NCBI GenBank assembly: GCA_963806755.1
Contig: CAWDZR010000016.1
Span: forward strand, 153,948 to 217,947
Direction: 5' to 3'
Source: an uncultured Gemmatimonadales bacterium
GTDB lineage: Bacteria; Gemmatimonadota; Gemmatimonadetes; Gemmatimonadales; JACORV01
DNA length: 64,000 nt
Shown here: in pieces, positions 58,956 through 64,000 of the stretch
How the letters are laid out: the number at the start of each line of letters is the position of its first letter
Position numbering within the stretch: position 1 is the stretch's first letter
Translations under genes and position numbers: made by a program
The notes under the pieces: model-generated
What the model was told of the DNA's origin: nothing
Databases searched by the model: none
The model's input: only the letters and a program-made list of their open reading frames with translations

Positions 58956-61556
58956 CTACCGGCGCAGCGCGGCCACCCAGATGTCGCTTTCCGGCTCCGC
59001 CACGGTGACGTAGAGCGAGTCGCGACCGACGCTGTGAAAGTTCATGTTGATCAGGCCGGGGGAGTCGTTCAGGACCACGAGCCGAGGATCGCCCCCCGCA
59101 ACATCCATGGCCCAGATTCCCCGACGGCCATCTTCGTGGTTCGCCGCGAAGTAGATCGTACGGCCGTCCCGGGAGTAGCGCCAGCCGCCGAACACGAGGC
59201 TCAGGCGCGTCGTCGTGGCGATGTTCCGCCGCCAGAGGACCTGGCCTGCGAGGGACACGAGCACCAGGCTGGGACCCGATTCAAGCAGCAGTCCGCGGCC
59301 GTCGGGCGCCCAGGCGGCGGGTGGAGGCTGCCACCGGGCTGTGACCTGCACGGAGTCGGGAACCAGCTGCACGGCGTCGTGCCACGCTCCGCCCCCGCTG
59401 TCGCGCGAGGCGACCCAGATTCCCCAGCGCCCCTGTCCATCCGAGGCGAACGCGACGCGCCGTCCGTCGGGCGACCATTCCGGGCCGGAAGTCGCCCGGC
59501 CGCCGGTCGGCAGAACGGTCGGCGTTCCGCCCCAGGCGGGGATCACGAGGATCCTGGTCGTACGTTCAGGCCCTGGCGACTCGGCGAGGAACGCGATCTC
59601 GGATCCGTCGGGCGACCACCGCGGGTGGTACGTGTTCCCCTGGTAATCGGTGAGCCGCACGGCCTTGCCTCCGCCGGCGGGCACCCGGTACAGGTCCATC
59701 TTGCCGCGGAGGTTGCTGACATAGGCAAGCCACCTTCCGTCCGGCGAAAGATCGTGCGCCTCGACCACCTGGAGCCCGGACGTCACGGGACGCCCGCTTC
59801 GGAGGGATACCGGCCTGCCACCGCCAAGGGCGTAGGCTTGGATGTTCTGGGGCACGGTCAACTTGGCAAACGCGAGCACCCGCCCCTGCGCGGAGTACGA
59901 GATCGAGTAGGGGTCGGCGATGCCGGCGATGGCGCGGGCCTCGCCGCGAGGCCCGCTCGCTCCGACCTCGACGACATAGACGGCGCGCGCTCCGTCCCGA
60001 TTGGAGACGAACATCAGGTGGCGCGAGTCGAGCCACGCGGGGCTGGCGTTGAGGTATTCGTTCGTGGTCAGCCGATATCGCTCGCCCCCCGCGGCGTCCA
60101 CGACCCAGAGGGCGGAACCCTCAACGTTCGCGCTGAACAGCCATTCGCGGTTCCCGGATACGTAGGCGATTCGTTTCCCATCGGGCGACCATGCCAGCGA
60201 GTGCAGGTCCGTGACCGAGTCGCCGTGGATGGTGACGACGTGCCGGGCTCCGTCGGCCGTCGTGGCGCTGAAGATCGTGTCCGCGACGACGAAAGCCACG
60301 CGCGACCCGTCCGGGGACCACGACGGCAGCTCAGCGTGCGCCGGCAAGGTGACCGACCGAACAGGTCCGCCGAGCCTGCCGACCTCGTTCCACTGTTCCG
60401 TGGTGCCGGGATCGACACTCATGAAACGCACGAATTCGCCGTCCGCACTCCAGCTCGGATACCACTGGCTCCCGGAGACCGTGTCGCTGAGCCGGACTTC
60501 GCCGCTTCCACCGGCGCCGCCGGCGCTCCTGATCACCAGGCGCGGCAGCCCGATCGGGCCGGCGAGGAACGCCACTTCCTTTCCGTCGGGCGCGATGGCC
60601 GGCTGGAATTTGAAGCCCGGCTCGCTCGACACCGGCGCAATGTCCATCGCGGTGATGACCGGCGGCTCGTGTTGCAGCAGGCGCGCGATCAGCAGGCCGA
60701 CGACGACCGCCGCGGCGAGTGTGCCCACAGCGGCGACGGCGGTCCGATGCCACGGAGGTGGCGCGGCGGCCGCGTTCGGGACGGGCTGCGGCGCCGGGGC
60801 GATCGGGGGTGGAGCGGACGCCGTCTCGCGCTTCGGTTCCGACGGGGCCTGGGTGCGGACCTCGGCGATAGCCTCGAGGATGCCGTGCCCCGCGTCCATC
60901 CCCAACTCGGCACGGATCAGCGCACCGTGGCTGACCAGGATCTCCATGGCGTTCGCCCGGTCACCCGTGGCGGCCAGCGCCCGGGCAAGGCCGATCGCCA
61001 CGGGCGTGTTGAGCGGGTCCACCGCCAACAGCCTTCGCCACCACCGCGCCGCAGACTGGTGGTCCCCCTCCTGCACCGCAGCGCGTGCCAGTGCCTCCAG
61101 AGCCCCCACATGGAGCCCGGCGAAGCGCTGGCGCTCCGCGCCGAGCCATTCGTCGAACGCCGAAGCACCCGCGACGTGGAACCCCTCCAGGAACGGACCC
61201 CGGTAGAGGGCCACGGCCGCCGACCGGTCACCGGCCCGCAGTCCGGCGAAGAACCCGGCCAGGTCGGTCGAGACGACGTTCGCGTCGAGATAGAGAACCT
61301 GCCCCACCGACCTGATCGCCTCGTCGCCCAAATCCTGATGGACGCCGTAGAGCGTATCGGAGAGGTTGTGACGTGCCCGACTCTCGTCCACCTCGCCCCA
61401 GAGCAGCGACACCAAACGGTCACGGGTGGCGCCATCAGCCGCTCCCACCGCCAGCACCGACAGCAGCGCCAGGGGCCGCGGCTGCATCAGCCGGCCGTGC
61501 GTCGCCCCGGACGGTGTACGGACCTGGGGCGTCCCGAGCAGGAGGAGCCGGTGCAT
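58956..61556 (-). CDS. Membrane-anchored SARP-type regulator: OmpR-like winged helix plus BTAD, one TM segment, and an extracytoplasmic PD40 (TolB-like) beta-propeller region
   Basis: 866 aa. N-terminus: ..RPLALLSVLAVG...ATRDRLVSLLWGEVDESRARHNL..TLY... BTAD: DLAGFF.....GD...AVALYRGPFLEGF......FDEWL..ER.R......GALEALA.. TM segment: TAVAAVGTLAAAVVVGLLIARLL. Followed by repeated WSPDG(S/K/R)x(V/I)A(F/Y) PD40 motifs. Confidence 0.8.
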   Translation of the reverse strand: MHRLLLLGTPQVRTPSGATHGRLMQPRPLALLSVLAVGAADGATRDRLVSLLWGEVDESRARHNLSDTLYGVHQDLGDEAIRSVGQVLYLDANVVSTDLAGFFAGLRAGDRSAAVALYRGPFLEGFHVAGASAFDEWLGAERQRFAGLHVGALEALARAAVQEGDHQSAARWWRRLLAVDPLNTPVAIGLARALAATGDRANAMEILVSHGALIRAELGMDAGHGILEAIAEVRTQAPSEPKRETASAPPPIAPAPQPVPNAAAAPPPWHRTAVAAVGTLAAAVVVGLLIARLLQHEPPVITAMDIAPVSSEPGFKFQPAIAPDGKEVAFLAGPIGLPRLVIRSAGGAGGSGEVRLSDTVSGSQWYPSWSADGEFVRFMSVDPGTTEQWNEVGRLGGPVRSVTLPAHAELPSWSPDGSRVAFVVADTIFSATTADGARHVVTIHGDSVTDLHSLAWSPDGKRIAYVSGNREWLFSANVEGSALWVVDAAGGERYRLTTNEYLNASPAWLDSRHLMFVSNRDGARAVYVVEVGASGPRGEARAIAGIADPYSISYSAQGRVLAFAKLTVPQNIQAYALGGGRPVSLRSGRPVTSGLQVVEAHDLSPDGRWLAYVSNLRGKMDLYRVPAGGGKAVRLTDYQGNTYHPRWSPDGSEIAFLAESPGPERTTRILVIPAWGGTPTVLPTGGRATSGPEWSPDGRRVAFASDGQGRWGIWVASRDSGGGAWHDAVQLVPDSVQVTARWQPPPAAWAPDGRGLLLESGPSLVLVSLAGQVLWRRNIATTTRLSLVFGGWRYSRDGRTIYFAANHEDGRRGIWAMDVAGGDPRLVVLNDSPGLINMNFHSVGRDSLYVTVAEPESDIWVAALRR

Positions 61557-61600
61557 GCGGCATGATATGACGCGGCCGCGGGCCGACGGTCAACAGGCAC

Positions 61601-61631
61601 GGGGGGAGCGGGCCGCCGGCCCGCTCCCCCC
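61601..61631. terminator. GC-rich perfect stem-loop downstream of the lipoprotein gene
   Basis: ggggggagcgggcc gcc ggcccgctcccccc (14-nt complementary arms), located 26 nt after the minus-strand stop codon at 61657. Confidence 0.7.
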
Positions 61632-61656
61632 GACGCGCGAGAGATCCTGAAGCGAA

Positions 61657-62382
61657 CTAGCGGTGGTGGCCGCGGTGGTCGTGGTCGCGGCGGTCTTGGT
61701 GGTCCTTCACGACCCGCAGATCGATCTTCCAGGCCCAGTCCACCGGAGTCAGCGCTCCATCCCGTCCGAGGACGGGCGTCGCGAAGATTGGTGCCTCCGG
61801 CGTGCCCGACGGCCCGGGACAGACCGACCTGAACGTCGCCGCCGTTACGAGCTTCTCGCCATCGAAGCGCCCGTGTTGCCGCGGGAAATCGCCCGAGGTG
61901 ATGTTGCAGCCGCTGTGCCACTGCACCATCCCCACGAGGAACGGGACGCCGGGCGCCCACTCGGGCATCGGACCGCCGCTCAGGCCGACGTAATCCAATG
62001 TCAGCACGCCGTTGTGCTGGAGCGTGCCCTCGAGGGTGGTCCAGCGATCCCCCTCGCCCGCCGCGACGTGGTCCTCGTGCAGCTGCAGTCGCACCCTGTC
62101 GCCCCCGAGGAACTCCAGCGTGGTGGTCGTCCCGGCTGTCGGCACCACGAAGGGGGCGTCCTGCAGGAGCGCGTGGATCTTCGGCGCGTAGGTCCAGTAG
62201 GTCACCGTACCGGTCAGGACGACGGGCGCCGACTCGTGTCGGATCGAGGCCAGCGGCGCACTCCCGGTCGCAGTGGAGAGTGCCCCAGCCGGCGCCGTAG
62301 GGGGATTGACTGGCGTGGAGGAATCTTCGCACGCGGCTGCCGCGACCAGCAGGGTCAAGAGCATCCAGATGGGTCTGACCAT
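61657..62382 (-). CDS. Hypothetical lipoprotein with His/Asp/Arg-rich C-terminal tail
   Basis: Track ORF 61657..62466, starting at ATG 62382. Lipobox: MVRPIWMLLTLLVAAAAC. Tail: ..VVKDHQDRRDHDHRGHHR. No recognisable family. Confidence 0.55.
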   Translation of the reverse strand: MVRPIWMLLTLLVAAAACEDSSTPVNPPTAPAGALSTATGSAPLASIRHESAPVVLTGTVTYWTYAPKIHALLQDAPFVVPTAGTTTTLEFLGGDRVRLQLHEDHVAAGEGDRWTTLEGTLQHNGVLTLDYVGLSGGPMPEWAPGVPFLVGMVQWHSGCNITSGDFPRQHGRFDGEKLVTAATFRSVCPGPSGTPEAPIFATPVLGRDGALTPVDWAWKIDLRVVKDHQDRRDHDHRGHHR

Positions 62383-62550
62383 ACCTGCCTCCGTTTGGGG
62401 CGTGCCGTCCCTGGCGGCCGTCGAGCGATGGGGGACGGCGGCATGAGACGGGTATCCGCGTGCCAACGTGCGTCGGAGGCATCCGAGCGCTCTCGTGCAG
62501 TCTCAGCGAAATCTCGATGGGGAGGGCTGGGCGGGCTGAGGGGGTGCCGA

Positions 62551-62562
62551 TCGCAATTGCGA
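62551..62562. promoter_or_regulatory. Perfect 12-bp palindrome TCGCAATTGCGA upstream of the lipoprotein gene (candidate operator)
   Basis: Read directly from the sequence. It lies in the 216-nt spacer between the decarboxylase stop codon (62599) and the lipoprotein start (62382). Function is unknown. Confidence 0.25.
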
Positions 62563-62598
62563 CTCGTCTATTCGGCTCTATAGTTTGCTGCACGGGCG

Positions 62599-63999
62599 TC
62601 AGGTCCCGGCGGCCGCCTTCCGGATCAGCTCCCACGCCGTCTCGACGTCACGCCGCGTCGTCCGCAGGTTGCCGATCGCAATGCGCATCACCAGCCGCCC
62701 CCGGAGCCGGGTTGGCGAGAAAAACACCGGGCCCGCGGCGTTGACTTCGTTGATCACCCGCTCGTTGATCCGGTCCTGCTCTTGCCCGCTCGCGCCGCGC
62801 GTCGTTCGCAAGCAGACCACGCTGAAAGGCACCGGCGCCGCCAGCTCGAAGCCCGGTTCCGCGCGTACCCACCCGGCGAGCTCCTGCGCCAGGGCGCAGT
62901 GGCGGCGGATGCGGTCGCGGAGCCCGTTCACTCCGAAGGCGCGGATCACCATCCACAGCTTCAGCGCGCGGAAGCGCCGGCCGAGCTGGATCCCGTAGTC
63001 CATGAGGTTGGTCACGCCCTCCTCGTCGGTGCGCAGGTAGTCGGGCACCAGCGAGAAGGCGGCGCGGAGCGCGGCGGGGTCGCGCACCAACATCACCGAG
63101 CAGTCCACCGGCGTGAACAGCCACTTGTGCGGGTTCACCACGATCGAGTCCGCGCGCTCGATGCCGTCGAACAGCGGGCGGAACTCCGGGCAGATGGCGG
63201 CGCCGCCGCCGTACGCGGCGTCCACGTGCAGCCAGATGGCCTCGCGGCGGCAGATCTCGGCCACGGCGCCGACCGGATCCACGCTCGTCGTCGAGGTGGT
63301 GCCCGCCGTCGCGACGACGGCGATGGGCAGCCGGCCGTGGATGCGATCTTCGGCGATCATGGCCTCGAGCGCGACCGGGTTCATCCGGAACTCGCCGTCC
63401 ACCGGCACCTTGCGCAGGTTGGCGAGCCCGAGGCCGAGGGCGATGACCGCCTTGTCCACGGAGACGTGCGCCTGCTCGCTGGCATAGACCACGAGTGGCG
63501 GTACGTCGGCCCGGCCCGCGAGGCCCTTCTCCCGGATCTCGAGGCCCGGCGCGCGGTCGCGCGCGCAGGCCAGCGCCAGGAACGTCGAGACCGACGCCGT
63601 GTCGTTGATGTGGCCGCGGTAGGCCGCCGGCAGGGCGAGCATCTGCCGCAGCCAGTCGGTCACGACCTCCTCCAGCTCCGTCGCGGCCGGACTGGTGCGC
63701 CACAGCATCGCGTTGACGTTGAGTCCCGCCGCCAGCGCCTCGCCGAGGATGCCCGGTCCCGACCCGGTGATGCCGAAGTAGGCCATGAAGCCGGGGTGGT
63801 TCCAGTGCGTGACGTTGGGCTCGATGAGGCGCTTGTAGTCGTCGAGCACCAGGTCGATCGGCTCGGCGTCGCGCGGCGGAACCGCCGCCAGCGCCGCGCG
63901 CACGTCGCCCGGCCGCACCTTCGGCAGGACCGGGTACTCGCCGACGTGCTCGAGGTAGTCGGCGACCAGGTCGGCGACGCGGTGCATGGCCGGCCGGAA
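62599..63999 (-). CDS. Aromatic-L-amino-acid (group II PLP) decarboxylase, N-terminus probably beyond the window edge
   Basis: ..THWNHPGFMAYF......PGILGE.L.AGLNVN...W..SPAATELE..V..WL.., ..NDTASVS.., ..WLHVDAAYGG.A...PE.R.....GIE.ADS...NPHKWL. The frame remains open upstream of the track ATG 63987 (FRPA-MHRVADLVADYL), and that upstream sequence resembles the family N-terminus. Confidence 0.85.
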   Translation of the reverse strand, partial: FRPAMHRVADLVADYLEHVGEYPVLPKVRPGDVRAALAAVPPRDAEPIDLVLDDYKRLIEPNVTHWNHPGFMAYFGITGSGPGILGEALAAGLNVNAMLWRTSPAATELEEVVTDWLRQMLALPAAYRGHINDTASVSTFLALACARDRAPGLEIREKGLAGRADVPPLVVYASEQAHVSVDKAVIALGLGLANLRKVPVDGEFRMNPVALEAMIAEDRIHGRLPIAVVATAGTTSTTSVDPVGAVAEICRREAIWLHVDAAYGGGAAICPEFRPLFDGIERADSIVVNPHKWLFTPVDCSVMLVRDPAALRAAFSLVPDYLRTDEEGVTNLMDYGIQLGRRFRALKLWMVIRAFGVNGLRDRIRRHCALAQELAGWVRAEPGFELAAPVPFSVVCLRTTRGASGQEQDRINERVINEVNAAGPVFFSPTRLRGRLVMRIAIGNLRTTRRDVETAWELIRKAAAGT

Positions 64000-64000
64000 C

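Noticed and set aside
58939-58958. GTAGCG..CGCTAC mini-hairpin spanning both convergent stop codons
   Set aside because: It has only a 6-bp stem with an 8-nt loop and no U-tract. That is too weak to call a terminator.
55054-61565. Plus-strand ORFs of 1068 aa (55054..58260) and 843 aa (59034..61565)
   Set aside because: They are antisense to the BNR protein and the SARP-PD40 regulator, which show repeated Asp-box and PD40 motifs. The plus-strand translations are Arg/Gly/His-rich with no structure.

Overview
High-G+C (about 70%) bacterial chromosomal segment. The gene content (MglA/MglB, PD40 and BNR beta-propeller proteins, a CarboxypepD_reg-type TonB receptor, an HAO-like octahaem cytochrome) suggests a Gemmatimonadota-like organism, but that is inference only. 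I support about 58 protein genes and one SRP RNA. I recognised no rRNA, tRNA, CRISPR array, integrase or transposase. Most of the long ORFs in the supplied track are antisense or 5'-read-through artefacts of the high G+C. Real genes are tightly packed, mostly on the minus strand, and often start at GTG or TTG overlapping the upstream stop codon (ATGA, GTGA, TTGA). Gene content by region: (1) GH53 galactanase and an esterase; (2) RND efflux pump (TolC-like/MFP/RND) with PepSY protein, an OmpR/HK pair, and grpE-dnaJ; (3) ECF sigma cluster; (4) a 13-gene co-directional run ffs-dnaX-ybaB-recR-mglB-mglA-pgsA-cinA-hydrolase-tryptophanase-octahaem cytochrome-membrane protein; (5) a complete kdp locus (small ORF-kdpF-A-B-C-porin-kdpD-kdpE); (6) housekeeping enzymes; (7) a TonB-receptor operon with two paralogous lipoproteins, a signal-less BtuF-like protein and an unknown 514-aa protein; (8) D-amino-acid-type PLP enzymes; (9) a BNR/sortilin protein; (10) a membrane-anchored SARP/BTAD regulator fused to PD40 propellers; (11) an aromatic amino acid decarboxylase. 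Items most worth a second look: the HAO-like cytochrome with its uncharacterised membrane partner, the TonB operon, MglA with a large insertion, and three dispersed short-repeat/hairpin families, some of which lie in frame inside genes (cinA, dnaX, and the C-terminal tails of two other genes). None of the homology calls could be verified by search.
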